Position numbers and translations under genes: made by a program. 64,000 nt of DNA, from positions 96,001-160,000 of the forward strand of contig CAWCYI010000006.1 in assembly GCA_963799845.1 (NCBI GenBank), in the 5' to 3' direction. How positions within the stretch are numbered: position 1 is the stretch's first letter; each line of letters starts with the position of its first letter. Source of the stretch: an uncultured Nitrososphaerota archaeon. Its GTDB lineage: Archaea > Thermoproteota > Nitrososphaeria > Nitrososphaerales > CADDZS01. Shown in pieces: positions 47,683 through 58,034 of this stretch. The notes beneath the pieces are model-generated. The model ran no database searches. It saw only the letters and a program-made list of their open reading frames with translations, and had not been told where the DNA came from.

Positions 47683-48111
47683 CTATTGCATTTTATCCAA
47701 TAAATAGGTTGCTGAGGTAAATGTACGGTAAAATGGCCGATTATTTCTCAATGTCAGATAGGGCAGTTTTTTTCTTTCAAGGATAGACAAAAGATTGCCG
47801 TCAAGGGTTGCAACAACTGCCTTCCCTTTCGATCTTTCGGCAAAATCGATCAACAAACGGTCCGCGTCAGCTTTCTCAGACGACGGTGCCTGGTTAACTA
47901 GCTTCACGGATTGATGCAGGACTCTCATTGCCGTTCTCGCGTTTCTCGCCGTTGACGGAATTCGGCTGAGCGACAATCCCTTTAATTCATTTTCGATTCT
48001 CGGAATCGTTGCAATTTCAAAATCAGGGTCGGCCAAAAAAGCCGCTAGCTCTGGCATCGGTTTGACTGTAACCTTCATCAAAAAATCAGTATCACACACG
48101 ATTAGGACCAT
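47683..48111 (-). CDS. PIN-domain protein
   Basis: CDTDFL, E.EL, DAD and VATLD motifs; conserved position after eIF2gamma. Confidence 0.85.
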   Translation of the reverse strand: MVLIVCDTDFLMKVTVKPMPELAAFLADPDFEIATIPRIENELKGLSLSRIPSTARNARTAMRVLHQSVKLVNQAPSSEKADADRLLIDFAERSKGKAVVATLDGNLLSILERKKLPYLTLRNNRPFYRTFTSATYLLDKMQ

Positions 48112-48129
48112 ATGATTTTCCCGTTTCGG

Positions 48130-49410
48130 CTACCGAACCTGACCGGCACCAATCAATCTCCACCGATCTCCGATCCTCCGGCTTATCGCCACTCTGCTAC
48201 CTTTTGATGCGCAGATCGGTTTTTTCAATTTGCAATCGACGATCGATTCTCTTGAGGAGCTGACTATCCCGACTGTGACCCCGGTTCCAACGTTAAGCCT
48301 TAGGACCTCGCTCATCCTGATCTTATCGACCTTCACAAGTTCCTGAGTTCCCACCGCAGTGTCGAAAAGTTTGACATCCAAAGATAGAGACTCGAAAACA
48401 GGCGGAAGATTGTTCGGCTTGCCAAGCACTGAACCAACCAAAAGATCGCTCCTGGTGTAAAACGGATCCAGTTCAGTTCCAACCGCGACTAGGCCTCCCG
48501 AATGGACCTTGTCCTGATGGCCAGCCGAAGACATCAGTGAGGTTATTCGAGTAACGATTGGTTCTCCCTCAGTTTTCCCTTCTTCTATTATTCCTGGCTT
48601 GAGCTCGACTTCGTCGTCTTCGGAAAGAACTCCCTGCAGCAAAGTGCCGCCCAGAACTCCACCGACGAGTTTAGACTCATCAAGGCCGGGATGGTTCACA
48701 TCGAAAGATCTAAGAACCTGCATGAGAGGTGGCGCACTTTCGTTTCGCGCAGGTGTCGGTATAGTATTTTCAACCGCCTCGATAAGTGCATCAATATTCA
48801 GACGATGCTGCGCAGAAATCGGAATTATTGGAGCGTCGGCAGCAACGCTTCCCGACACGAAATTTCGGATGGCCTTGTAGTTTTCAGCAGCTTCAACATT
48901 AGAAATCAAGTCCACTTTATTTTGCACTATGACAATATTTTTCATCCCCATCATTTGCAACGCCAGCAGATGCTCGCGCGTCTGCGGTTGCGGGACCTTT
49001 TCATTTGAAGCAATTACCAGTATCGATCCATCCATGACCGCCGCGCCAGAAAGCATGTTAGCCATAAGGCTCTCGTGGCCAGGGCAATCCACGAAACTAA
49101 CGACTCGGAGGAGATTCGGCTCGCCACCACAGCCTTCGCAGCTGGGCTCGGTTCGATAACATTCGGGAGCACCGCATCCGCTGCATCTGTAAAACGCGGC
49201 ATCAGCATAGCCGACTTTTATCGTGATACCTCTTCGCAATTCCTCGCTATGTGCACTAGTCCAAACTCCAGTAATGGCTTGGACAAGAGTCGTCTTGCCG
49301 TGATCAACATGTCCAGAGGTTCCAATGTTCACCTCGGGTTGCTTTGGAATCTTTCGAGTTTTGACCTCAGTTTGAATTACAGTCGTCATAAGGAGACTAG
49401 ACATAATCAC
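48130..49410 (-). CDS. eif2g: translation initiation factor 2 gamma subunit
   Basis: QPEVNIG..GHVDHGKTT, RGITIK.GY, DCPGHE, QNKVD and RWRLIG motifs. Confidence 0.97.
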   Translation of the reverse strand: MIMSSLLMTTVIQTEVKTRKIPKQPEVNIGTSGHVDHGKTTLVQAITGVWTSAHSEELRRGITIKVGYADAAFYRCSGCGAPECYRTEPSCEGCGGEPNLLRVVSFVDCPGHESLMANMLSGAAVMDGSILVIASNEKVPQPQTREHLLALQMMGMKNIVIVQNKVDLISNVEAAENYKAIRNFVSGSVAADAPIIPISAQHRLNIDALIEAVENTIPTPARNESAPPLMQVLRSFDVNHPGLDESKLVGGVLGGTLLQGVLSEDDEVELKPGIIEEGKTEGEPIVTRITSLMSSAGHQDKVHSGGLVAVGTELDPFYTRSDLLVGSVLGKPNNLPPVFESLSLDVKLFDTAVGTQELVKVDKIRMSEVLRLNVGTGVTVGIVSSSRESIVDCKLKKPICASKGSRVAISRRIGDRWRLIGAGQVR

Positions 49411-49492
49411 TAGTAAGGATATAAGCGCTTTCAGACGGAGAGTGTACTAATCGAGGAAGAATTTCTAAATAGAAAGGAATGCGAGGATTAGG

Positions 49493-49838
49493 TCATTGGA
49501 CTAGAAGCGCGTTAACTTGGTAGATCTCATCGGTTATCGTGTTCCCTCGAACCAGCTTCCTCTTCTTCAGACCCTCGCCAGCACCTTTGCGAAACCCGAT
49601 ACCCTTAGTCATCAAGACATATTTTTTGACTCCGCCCATTACGTCGCTACGCATCGGGAATCCAGCTGTGTCGCTTCCGCCGGTAATTTTTACTTTACCA
49701 CTCAGGCCCATAAGGGAGCCGTCTAGTTCGTCTCCAATCTTCAGTCCTAAGAGGGGCTGAGCCTCCTGATCCTTTCAGCTCAACCGATTGGGACTTTCCC
49801 GTCTTGGGATCGGCTACAACAATTTTGAACGTTGCCAT
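49493..49838 (-). CDS. rps6e: 30S ribosomal protein eS6, with a 1-nt frameshift (probable assembly error)
   Basis: MATFKIVVADPKTGKS from ATG at 49838 joins DQEAQPLLGLKIGDELDG...ITGGSD..GFPMR.D if one base is removed from TTT 49773-49775. Confidence 0.93.
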
Positions 49839-49969
49839 GAATGGTCACGCGAGAGTAAAAATTACCAATCCAAATCATCGCTAATAAGTATTCTTGGGTG
49901 AATAATCCATCGAATAATTGAAGCGAACTAACCATGTAAAATACAAGAAAAGAGAAAAGTGAGAATTGG

Positions 49970-50923
49970 ATGTCAACAGAAACAGTACAAATCCCTGATA
50001 AGAGCGTCGTGGATTCTTTCCTAAAGTCTCTGCGTACTGAGAAAACAAGGATGACTTACGCGCTGGCATTCCGCATAATGCTTGAGGGTCATCCCGAGAC
50101 ATTCCTCAATATGGCAGCCACTGACAGAAGGAAAGCGGAGCAGATGATCCTTGACTGGATTTATGAAAATCAGGAAAAGCTTAGTGGGTCAACTATACGA
50201 ACATATTTGGCCGCGACTCGCTCTTTGCTAGAGTTTGCTGAGATTCAAAATTTCAACTGGAGAAAAATAATCAAAGCATCCCCAAGAATGAGCAAGTCAG
50301 AGGACAGACCGCCAAACCTTCAAGAATTGAGATCCATCTTTATTCCCGGCGATGTAAGGTTCAAGTTTCTTGTTTCTGCCATGGCATCCGGCGGTTTCCG
50401 TGTAGGTGCCTGGGATTACTTCAGATTCAAAGACCTGAAAATAATTCAAGTCGAGGATCAATCTTTGAAACTAAATCCGAAGAAAATCGAGATTGGCCTT
50501 CTCAAAGTCTATTTTGGCGAACCGGAAAGCTACGAATGCTTTGTTAGCTCTGAATGCGTACAACTATTCCGGGAATACGTCAAGGAGCGAATCCGTACTG
50601 GGGAAAAAGCTCGAATCGTCGATGGAGAAACGACTCTTTTGCCTGATGCTCCCTTGCTTGCCCATCTAGTTTCATTCGAAAGCAAGAATCCAAAAAGAGA
50701 ATTGACTTGTTCCGATTCTGTAAGGAGCCAAATGACCTATTCTTGGAAAAAAGCTGGATTCTGGGAAGACAAGGAGTTCAAAGGCTGCCATGGTACCCGA
50801 AAATTCTTCAAAACTCAACTTGAGCAATTCGGGCTAAAGTCGATTGTCGTCGAAAGGCTTCTCGGGCATTCGCAAGGACTCGATTCAAACTACTACAGAC
50901 CGACAAATGATCAGCTGGCATAG
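49970..50923 (+). CDS. tyrosine recombinase/integrase (in-frame TAG cuts off the C-terminal tail)
   Basis: SGGFRVG (R), HGTRKFF (HxxR), LLGH and NYYRP (Y) motifs; the frame stays open after TAG to 51151. Confidence 0.9.
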   Translation: MSTETVQIPDKSVVDSFLKSLRTEKTRMTYALAFRIMLEGHPETFLNMAATDRRKAEQMILDWIYENQEKLSGSTIRTYLAATRSLLEFAEIQNFNWRKIIKASPRMSKSEDRPPNLQELRSIFIPGDVRFKFLVSAMASGGFRVGAWDYFRFKDLKIIQVEDQSLKLNPKKIEIGLLKVYFGEPESYECFVSSECVQLFREYVKERIRTGEKARIVDGETTLLPDAPLLAHLVSFESKNPKRELTCSDSVRSQMTYSWKKAGFWEDKEFKGCHGTRKFFKTQLEQFGLKSIVVERLLGHSQGLDSNYYRPTNDQLA

Positions 50924-51337
50924 GAGTACGTCAAATTTCAAAATTGTCTGTTTCTGGATCCTAGTCTGACTTTGAAATCTGAGAATGAATCTTTAGCGGC
51001 AGAAGCAAGGTCAGAGATCGCAGGGCAAGCCAGTGAGATCCAGCTGCTGAAATCGAAAGTTTCAGCATTGACGGATGCGTTGAGTAGTGTGACTGAAATC
51101 TTGAAGAAAATCGAGCAAGAGAGGAAAAAAGAAAATCCTACAATCAGCTGAGTTAAAACTGAGCTTTACAGATTTTTTTGAGCTGACAACGGAAGCTCCA
51201 ACCCGAAGTCATTTTCTCCGATTTATGACATTACGGGAGAGGTTACCATACTTGCTTAGAGGGGTATCCAATAGTTACTATAGCCCTCCATCTTCCGCCA
51301 AACAGTGTTTATTTCTTCTTGGCGGCCCGCGCTTTTC

Positions 51338-51457
51338 TCATAGGGAACCAACGTGGTTATCTTCCATCTTCCTCGCAGCTTCGAGAGCTGATTCGCTTGA
51401 GGGACTAGTTACAAGTTCTCTAAATCTAAAATCCTTCAGAGTTAGGAATTGTGCAAT
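51338..51457 (-). pseudogene. possible CBS-domain gene fragment
   Basis: Manual translation ..RELVTSPSSESALEAARKMEDNHVGSL* resembles the first half of a CBS motif. Confidence 0.4.
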
Positions 51458-51533
51458 TTAACGACTAGAACTTGAGTTTCTTGTGCAAGGTGATCGGCTG
51501 ATTCACCGAGAACAGACTTTTCTGAAGGCTGTT

Positions 51534-51896
51534 CTATTGTTTTACGACAGTCTTACTCATTCCCTTAGGATTCCACGCATCGTATTGAGACTTGCAGCCA
51601 TAAGCGAACGTGAGGCCTCCAATTGCTTGGAATGCTGCGCCGGAGTATCCCAAAATCTCAGGTAGAAGTCCACTTGGTAGGTATGTAGAAACGCTAAGGT
51701 CTAGTGCGATAATTCCATAGATGAAGAAAAATGCAGCGAATGAAATGTACTTCCACCCTTTTGCGAGAATACCATTCTTGAAGCCCTTCAGTAATCTGAC
51801 TGCATTCACTCCCATTCCCAAAATTCCTAATATTGTCGTGACGCCGAGGATTGCGACAATCAAACTTGTTATGTCATACATTTTGTTTCTTCTCAA
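51534..51896 (-). CDS. small membrane protein
   Basis: Three hydrophobic segments; follows the DUF3227-like gene. Confidence 0.7.
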   Translation of the reverse strand: MRRNKMYDITSLIVAILGVTTILGILGMGVNAVRLLKGFKNGILAKGWKYISFAAFFFIYGIIALDLSVSTYLPSGLLPEILGYSGAAFQAIGGLTFAYGCKSQYDAWNPKGMSKTVVKQ

Positions 51897-51905
51897 CTCT
51901 TATTG

Positions 51906-52250
51906 CTAAGATCTCAACTGCTTTCGAGCTTCGTGTATTGCACGAACCAGGCTGTCTGAATAAGTTACTTCCGTTAGATGGAACGCATCTACCAAAGAAG
52001 CTACAATAGCGGTTTCCACATGATAACCCCTATCTCCAAAGAAAGCGCGAAGACTTTCAGAGAATAATTCCGGCTTTCTTGGAATCTCACTTCTTTCGCA
52101 ATTGTAGATTGTTTTGAATCTCCAGTAGATTACGCTCTTGACGCTCGTTCCGAAGACATCCAGGCCATTATCGATGCATTCGAGGATTTTTGACTCGGAT
52201 TCATTTCCTGCAAAAATCGTACTCGATATAGGCATCTTGAGTTCTTTCAA
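51906..52250 (-). CDS. small helical protein (DUF3227-like), paralog 3
   Basis: ECIDNGLDVFG.SVK.VIY...EI..KPE.F...L...FG.....E..IV; same pattern as 23041 and 23910. Confidence 0.7.
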   Translation of the reverse strand: MKELKMPISSTIFAGNESESKILECIDNGLDVFGTSVKSVIYWRFKTIYNCERSEIPRKPELFSESLRAFFGDRGYHVETAIVASLVDAFHLTEVTYSDSLVRAIHEARKQLRS

Positions 52251-52532
52251 AATAGAATCTGACTCTGCTTACAATATAACTACGGTGGACTTGATATCTG
52301 TACGCAAAAGCCAAGAGCTCTTCTATGTACTGGCTCCATTTCACTTACTACCCCAAAGGCTAGACTGGATTAGAATAACAGGAGACGTAGGTTACTATCC
52401 TAGATGGAAGCTGACTTTCCAGATTTTTTTGACTTTACGTCGTAAGCTCCAACCTTACTATTGGAACCGCTAACAAAGTTCAGTTAGTAATTTCGTCTCG
52501 GTTTACTCACATTAAGAAAAAAAGAGCTGCGT

Positions 52533-52703
52533 TTAGCAGCTTACTTTGAACGTCGGAGCCCCTGCTGGAGGGAAGTAGAAATAACCGGCCGAGCACTCTT
52601 TCCCGTGCTGATTCCAAACTTCGAATACCGCTATAGTATTCGGCGCGGCTTGGAATACAGACACTCCCTTCGAGTTCGTGTACTCAGTCGTGTCAAGTTG
52701 AAA
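52533..52703 (-). pseudogene. start-less 3' fragment of a probable secreted-protein gene
   Basis: FQLDTTEYTNSKGVSVFQAAPNTIAVFEVWNQHGKECSAGYFYFPPAGAPTFKVSC*, followed by a GCAGC hairpin and a T-run. Confidence 0.4.
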
Positions 52704-52973
52704 TCATAACTCTGATCTTTTCATAAGTTCCCTATAACGAAGTTCGCTTATGGTGATCGGAAGTTTTTCATCGGCTTCCCGAATTTGCCGTGTGGATTTC
52801 AATTCCAGTTTTGACTCTTCGCGGTCGAGTAATCCAGAATTCCTTATCGGATAATAGTATTTCAAATGCCCTTCCGAGCTGCAAGATTCTGGCGGTTTAA
52901 GGAGACAAGATTTGCCACAGCTCAAGCAATTCCCATTTTTTATCCAGTGCGCTGTCAACTTGTCAGAAGCCAT
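52704..52973 (-). CDS. hypothetical Cys/His protein
   Basis: CLSCG..C......C...H pattern. Confidence 0.5.
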   Translation of the reverse strand: MASDKLTAHWIKNGNCLSCGKSCLLKPPESCSSEGHLKYYYPIRNSGLLDREESKLELKSTRQIREADEKLPITISELRYRELMKRSEL

Positions 52974-53065
52974 TTTATTTCATGTATATCAATCGTTCAG
53001 AACCCAAGGTCAAATTTCTGAGGTTACGCAGGGAGCGATCTCAACGTGGGGACTCGTGTCTCCTA

Positions 53066-53248
53066 TTACATTGGTGTTATGTCTCGGACACCAAATGATG
53101 GCTCCTTACCAGACCCTTCTTCTCCGATCGTGAGAAGACGCTTGAGTTCTTCGCATATCTCATCCATTGTCGGCATAGGCATCGGGTTCCCGTTGTCATC
53201 CATTTGAGAGCTGAGTTCGAGTCTGAGTTTGACATAGACTTCTTGCAT
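53066..53248 (-). CDS. small acidic hypothetical protein
   Basis: 60-aa ORF with a GGTG RBS-like element upstream. Confidence 0.45.
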   Translation of the reverse strand: MQEVYVKLRLELSSQMDDNGNPMPMPTMDEICEELKRLLTIGEEGSGKEPSFGVRDITPM

Positions 53249-53295
53249 GTTTTGTTTTCACCACAAAAAGAAAAAGGGAGGGAGACAAGTGTCTC

Positions 53296-54003
53296 CTATG
53301 AAGTTGGACAGATTGCGGTTAGGCTGTATGTGATCGAGATACCAGTGGTTTCGGTAGATACAATCTGTACGAAGGCTGCTGACCAAGTGTTGGTGTAAGT
53401 ATTGTCTCCACCCGATGCTACAACGTACGCACCGATGTCGCCATCTATGATAGGATTGTTGAAGAGTTGTACGGTAACAGTGTCCGAGCTTCCAACACCT
53501 GATGTTAGAAGTGTCAGTGTTATAGTACACGGGGATCCACCTGAATCAAACAACTCTACTGCTACGGTTCCGACTGCAACATCTGAACCAGACTCGTCTT
53601 CAACATTTGGAGTTAGCGTGGCTGTAGAAGTCGTTGTGACTGTATCAGTTACAGTCGCAGTTGTCGTCTGACAGCAGACAGCGGAAGTTGTGGTTGAGGT
53701 TATTGTTGAAGTCGATGTATCCGTCACTGTTGAAGTTGCCGTGGTTGTGCTATCAACAAAAACGGTACTCGTTGTGTGATCTGTTTTCGTGATAGTCTTC
53801 GTCACAGTTTTCTCGCTACTGTGAAGTGTGTTCGCACTCAAAGTCCCTGCTTGTGTAGAAGCTGAGACGCCAACAGAACAGGCATAGAGTACGAAGAAGA
53901 CCACCGCAAGCACAGCGATGGCCGACTTGGTTGTTGTATTGCCCGACTTGGCGAACTTACGACTGCTCTTACTTGCGGATTCTTTTAGGCTCAATCGAAT
54001 CAC
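53296..54003 (-). CDS. secreted/surface Thr-Ser-rich protein
   Basis: Basic then hydrophobic signal-like N-terminus, long T/S-rich stalk and a C-terminal beta-rich domain. Confidence 0.8.
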   Translation of the reverse strand: MIRLSLKESASKSSRKFAKSGNTTTKSAIAVLAVVFFVLYACSVGVSASTQAGTLSANTLHSSEKTVTKTITKTDHTTSTVFVDSTTTATSTVTDTSTSTITSTTTSAVCCQTTTATVTDTVTTTSTATLTPNVEDESGSDVAVGTVAVELFDSGGSPCTITLTLLTSGVGSSDTVTVQLFNNPIIDGDIGAYVVASGGDNTYTNTWSAAFVQIVSTETTGISITYSLTAICPTS

Positions 54004-54004
54004 C

Positions 54005-55285
54005 CTAAACGATTGTGACAGTCTCCGTTCCTGAGACGCTGTATGTTTGTCCGAGGAAATGCACTATGACTGCACCTGTAGCAGTTCCATCCATTGTAGC
54101 GATTTCGACTTTGGTTGGTGTGCTAGAGAATGAGGACTTACCGATGTTTGCTGTGTATGATCCCGTATAACCAGGATTTGCATTATTGATACAGTTAGGT
54201 GAACTAGCTGTTGTGCAACCATCACTCTGGACGATTATTCCGATTGGGTTGCCGTTGAAAGTGTTCTTGGAAGCCGAGTATGTATTTGGTGAGTCATATA
54301 CGTAAAGACCCGCTACGGTGTTGCCGTGGAAGTTGTTGGAGTTAGCAGTTGCTTGATCGTTGACTAGACACGCGCCTAATTGGTTCGCTTGTAGCTTGTT
54401 ATCATTGACCGTAGTTCCTGTTGCAGATTCGTAGGTTAGGATACCACAGCTCTCTGTTTGAGTGAAGGGGTTCGAACCACACACTGAAATCAAAGTGCAG
54501 ACATTTCCAGTAACTGTGTTATCAGTTACCCATCCTTTGGCACCAAAGCCTATCTGAATACCATTGGGGGCGATGAGAGCAGTGTACGGTGCATAGGGAT
54601 AGACTGTATTCCACGAGACCCAACACGATGTATCTGGATCGTTGCAGGTGATACCGTTCTTGTTGTAGTTGATAGCGTGATTGTTTTCAATCACAACGCC
54701 ATAGGATCCAATTTGGGTCTGGACGGTGATTGCGTCTCCGGGTTGACAGCCAGCGAGACTGACGGGGAGAAGAATGTTCTCGACTGTGTTGCTGAGTATC
54801 GAACCACCAGCGTTGAGAAAACCTATTCCATTGTAATCAACACCACAACCTGTGAAAGACGATTCTGCTTTAGAACCATCAACAACAAGATTCTGTATGA
54901 CTACGCCAGTCAACCCTACTAACGCTAGACCCGCGAGGATGATGTCTGCTGTTGGAGCCGATGTATCAGGATCGATTGTATTGGGAATGAGAGAAGTTGG
55001 TTGGATGAGAGTTGGATGCAGAGATGTTCCAAGACCACGGAGAACCAAATCTTTGGTGATAGATAGTTGTTCAGGATACGTTCCTGACGAGACACAAATC
55101 ACAGCACCACTAGAGGCACTCTTGATCGCGGTCTGAATGGCGTTGTTACCAACATTCTCACCAGTTATTGTTGTAGTACATGGAGGAGAATGGGTTGCGA
55201 ATACGGTTGTCGTTACGGGCAGAACTGACAGCAAAAATAATGCAGCTACCAGGACTGACATTGAAGTAAGTTTAGTTTTGTTCAT
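54005..55285 (-). CDS. secreted parallel beta-helix (pectin-lyase-like) protein
   Basis: Signal peptide; IQTAI..A..GA.ICV..GTYPEQL.I.K.L.L.G; repeated N-x-V/I...GI motifs. Confidence 0.85.
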   Translation of the reverse strand: MNKTKLTSMSVLVAALFLLSVLPVTTTVFATHSPPCTTTITGENVGNNAIQTAIKSASSGAVICVSSGTYPEQLSITKDLVLRGLGTSLHPTLIQPTSLIPNTIDPDTSAPTADIILAGLALVGLTGVVIQNLVVDGSKAESSFTGCGVDYNGIGFLNAGGSILSNTVENILLPVSLAGCQPGDAITVQTQIGSYGVVIENNHAINYNKNGITCNDPDTSCWVSWNTVYPYAPYTALIAPNGIQIGFGAKGWVTDNTVTGNVCTLISVCGSNPFTQTESCGILTYESATGTTVNDNKLQANQLGACLVNDQATANSNNFHGNTVAGLYVYDSPNTYSASKNTFNGNPIGIIVQSDGCTTASSPNCINNANPGYTGSYTANIGKSSFSSTPTKVEIATMDGTATGAVIVHFLGQTYSVSGTETVTIV

Positions 55286-55470
55286 GTCTTATTTCCTAAC
55301 GATATCGTGTTTACGGCGATACCCATCAAGCACTTGAGCTCTGCATCGTAAGCGTTCCTGAACACGGATGAGAGCCACTGGCAAATGATGCCACCAACAA
55401 CGGGTATAATCAAAAAAGGCTCAGCAAAAGTACGCAATGCACACCCTTTCTGAAGGATGTTACTACTCAT
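55282..55470 (-). CDS. small putative membrane protein
   Basis: 62 aa; ATGA-coupled to the beta-helix gene. Confidence 0.45.
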   Translation of the reverse strand: MSSNILQKGCALRTFAEPFLIIPVVGGIICQWLSSVFRNAYDAELKCLMGIAVNTISLGNKT

Positions 55471-56442
55471 CTACGTAGAGTCCGCAGATTTTGATCATAG
55501 ATCGATATCTCAGTACGACTTTCGCAGGGAGAACTCATGGAAGTAAACCTTGGCCTAGGCCAATAACGTCCTCTTTATAAATCTTGTATTTATATCGGGA
55601 TCCGGTATATTCCTTAATTATTCTATATAGCCAAATGATCGATTTTCGTCAAGAAAAGAATGGCGATCGCGATTTGATTTCTATAGCCTGCTAATTCCAT
55701 GCGACTGGCGATGGTGATTTTAAAAAAAGTATAATCGAGGAGCCATTTTCGGCCTCTCTCTTACTGTTTTGTTACGTGCAAGTACTAACCCTCTTTCACT
55801 GCTTTAAGACGAGAAAAACTGCGCTATAGAGCGTCAATTTGGTCTTTTGTGGAATCTTCACGACCTCCCTAATAACTACAACAGCGACAATCCTCAGTTT
55901 CGATAATCTCTTTCAGGGAATCAGGAAGGGAAAAAAAAGTAAGTCAACGGTACGGTAAATCTGAGAACTAAGATTGCTTTGTCTCCAATTACGCCTTCGT
56001 TTTGCCCGTTTATGATCTTCTTTACTATGGCAAATTCGTACTGATGAGACAAAACCTATCCTCTTTCCGTACTTTCAGTCCAGCTTTCCGAAGCTCTTTC
56101 TGAATCATTCCCTCTTTACCGTGAAATTTCTTCCTTAGACCAAATCTTTTCTGTTCCCGAAGGAATCTCTTACGAACAAATCATACAGTTGCTTAGTGCC
56201 AACCGTATCATTCATTTTTGCCATAGTGGTCAAGAAATATTTCTCTATGCTAGAAACTAGCTCATCGCTCGATAGAGAAAATCTAGAAGTTAGTAACAGG
56301 CCCGAAATTTTCACCCGACTGTAACGGGTAGAATTTCACCCGAGAATGATAACGAAACCCTTCCTTTCGAGTTAAAGAGATAATTAATATCACTCCCTTT
56401 GGTCATGTGAAACGGTTGGAATGTAGAAATACAAGATTTTCC

Positions 56443-57941
56443 GTAAGAGGTTACCGTTCTGAAGCTGAATTCAGGTAGTCGAGCGCGTAATCATAGAAGT
56501 TAAGTTTTCTCAGATTGCAAGTCTCTCTGACACTCATCAGCACCTTGTGGGCATCGGCTCCGTTAGTCGATTGGTTGCCATAGGTTATTTTTCTAATCAC
56601 TACACTCGGTCTTACCGCTCTCTCAGCTGCGTTGTTGTTCCAATCAACTCCCTTTTCTTCGAGAAAGGTGAAGAGCATATCCTTCTCTCGATTGAGGCGC
56701 TTCAAGAACCTCTTGCAGTTCTTTTCTCCAGTGGATGAGTACGCTTCGACGAGTGTCTCCATCCTCCTTTCGAGCCTCTTCTTTGTATTTAGGCGATCGC
56801 TCTTCACATTTACTCTCCTTCCCACCTTTATCGCGTCGTTCAGTATGCGTTTGAGCTTCTTTGCAAATGCAAGAAATTCTATCCCGGGACTCTTGTAGGT
56901 GAGAGTGTCATCCACGTCTCTTCGGTAGTGCTGCAGGCACCTCTGGTGCTTTTTACCGACGTAGTTCCACGCCGGCCACGAATCGCTTATCACGGTTCCA
57001 GGATAGTCACTCCCGAGAATCTCGAGTGGTACATCCCTGCCCCTTGAATTTGCTATCTCGTAGACGACAGACCATTTTCCTACGAACGCCCACAGCCAGT
57101 GGTTCTTTCCCTTGATCCTCCAGCTCGTTTCATCTCCGTTGAGACTCTTCTCCCTTCTGATATCAGAAATGAGCTGATCGTACACCGGACCAAAAGCTTC
57201 TGCGACCTTGGATACGGAGTGTTCTATCGCCGCATCAGTCATCTCCAGATTGAAGAGCAGCTTGAAGAGTGAACTAATCTTTGCGTATGACAACCCGAGC
57301 AGTTTCAGTGAAACTACGAGGAGCATGAGACGCAGACCGAATCTTTCATTGCTTCCTCCACCAATCACGTTTGGAATGGCGGGAGAGACCTGCCCTCCAC
57401 ACCTCTTGCAGTACCGCCTCTTGATAACGTACTCAGTTGCAACGAGTCTCGCAGGAACAATGTCCTCGACCACCCTGGTGTATTCATCCGTTGGATCTTC
57501 AGAGAGATGCCCGCCGCACTTCGGACAGGTTGTCTGGTCAAGCTCGATTCTTGCGTCAATGTGCAGAGGCCTCCTTCTGCTCTTCCCCTCATGGCCGTTC
57601 TTCCTGCCTGGTGGTCTCGTCTTCTTGTGATTGGAGGAGGAGTCTGCCTTTGCTCCTATTCCTCTTGCAACAACGGCTGATACCGTTGTCTTGAGCGAGG
57701 AGAGCTCTTCATGCAGCTGTTTGTTTTCTTCGACGACGAGTTTGTACTTCTCTTCGAAGCCGGATAACTTTTCCTTCAGCTCTTTGTTTTCCTCTTTGAG
57801 TCTGGAAAGCTCCTTCCTGAGCTTGTCATTCTCGACATCAATCTCCTCCTCAACGGTCGGCAAGAGTCTTGCGGTACAAATGAAAACAAGACTCGGCCAA
57901 ATGTCTTTCGGCCTAGGAGCTTCAAAACACTAAATGCTTAC
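56443..57941 (-). mobile_element. IS66-family insertion sequence (single-ORF type), 1499 bp
   Basis: Ends GTAAG...CTTAC; 8-bp TSD GATTTTCC (56435-56442, 57942-57949). Confidence 0.93.
56451..57863 (-). CDS. IS66-family transposase
   Basis: Coiled coil, GRK.GH.G, CPKCG..CKRCG, DETSW, ISD, QRC..H..R and NN.AERA.R motifs. Confidence 0.95.
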   Translation of the reverse strand: MPTVEEEIDVENDKLRKELSRLKEENKELKEKLSGFEEKYKLVVEENKQLHEELSSLKTTVSAVVARGIGAKADSSSNHKKTRPPGRKNGHEGKSRRRPLHIDARIELDQTTCPKCGGHLSEDPTDEYTRVVEDIVPARLVATEYVIKRRYCKRCGGQVSPAIPNVIGGGSNERFGLRLMLLVVSLKLLGLSYAKISSLFKLLFNLEMTDAAIEHSVSKVAEAFGPVYDQLISDIRREKSLNGDETSWRIKGKNHWLWAFVGKWSVVYEIANSRGRDVPLEILGSDYPGTVISDSWPAWNYVGKKHQRCLQHYRRDVDDTLTYKSPGIEFLAFAKKLKRILNDAIKVGRRVNVKSDRLNTKKRLERRMETLVEAYSSTGEKNCKRFLKRLNREKDMLFTFLEEKGVDWNNNAAERAVRPSVVIRKITYGNQSTNGADAHKVLMSVRETCNLRKLNFYDYALDYLNSASER

Positions 57942-58034
57942 GATTTTCCTAATTTTAGGTACAGTAGCGTCTGTAAACGACAAGAAACACTTGGAAAACG
58001 CCAAAAGCTACGAATCTAGGAACAGAATCGACAT

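Noticed and set aside
49760-49838. Split rps6e
   Set aside because: One extra base in a short homopolymer of an essential ribosomal gene; probable sequencing error.
50921-50923. Pyrrolysine read-through of the integrase TAG
   Set aside because: No pyl genes are visible and no other amber-interrupted genes are seen.
55900-56440. Possible gene left of IS66 with TTTCACCCGA direct repeats
   Set aside because: Only short broken frames that cannot be assigned; two repeat copies are too few to call a function.
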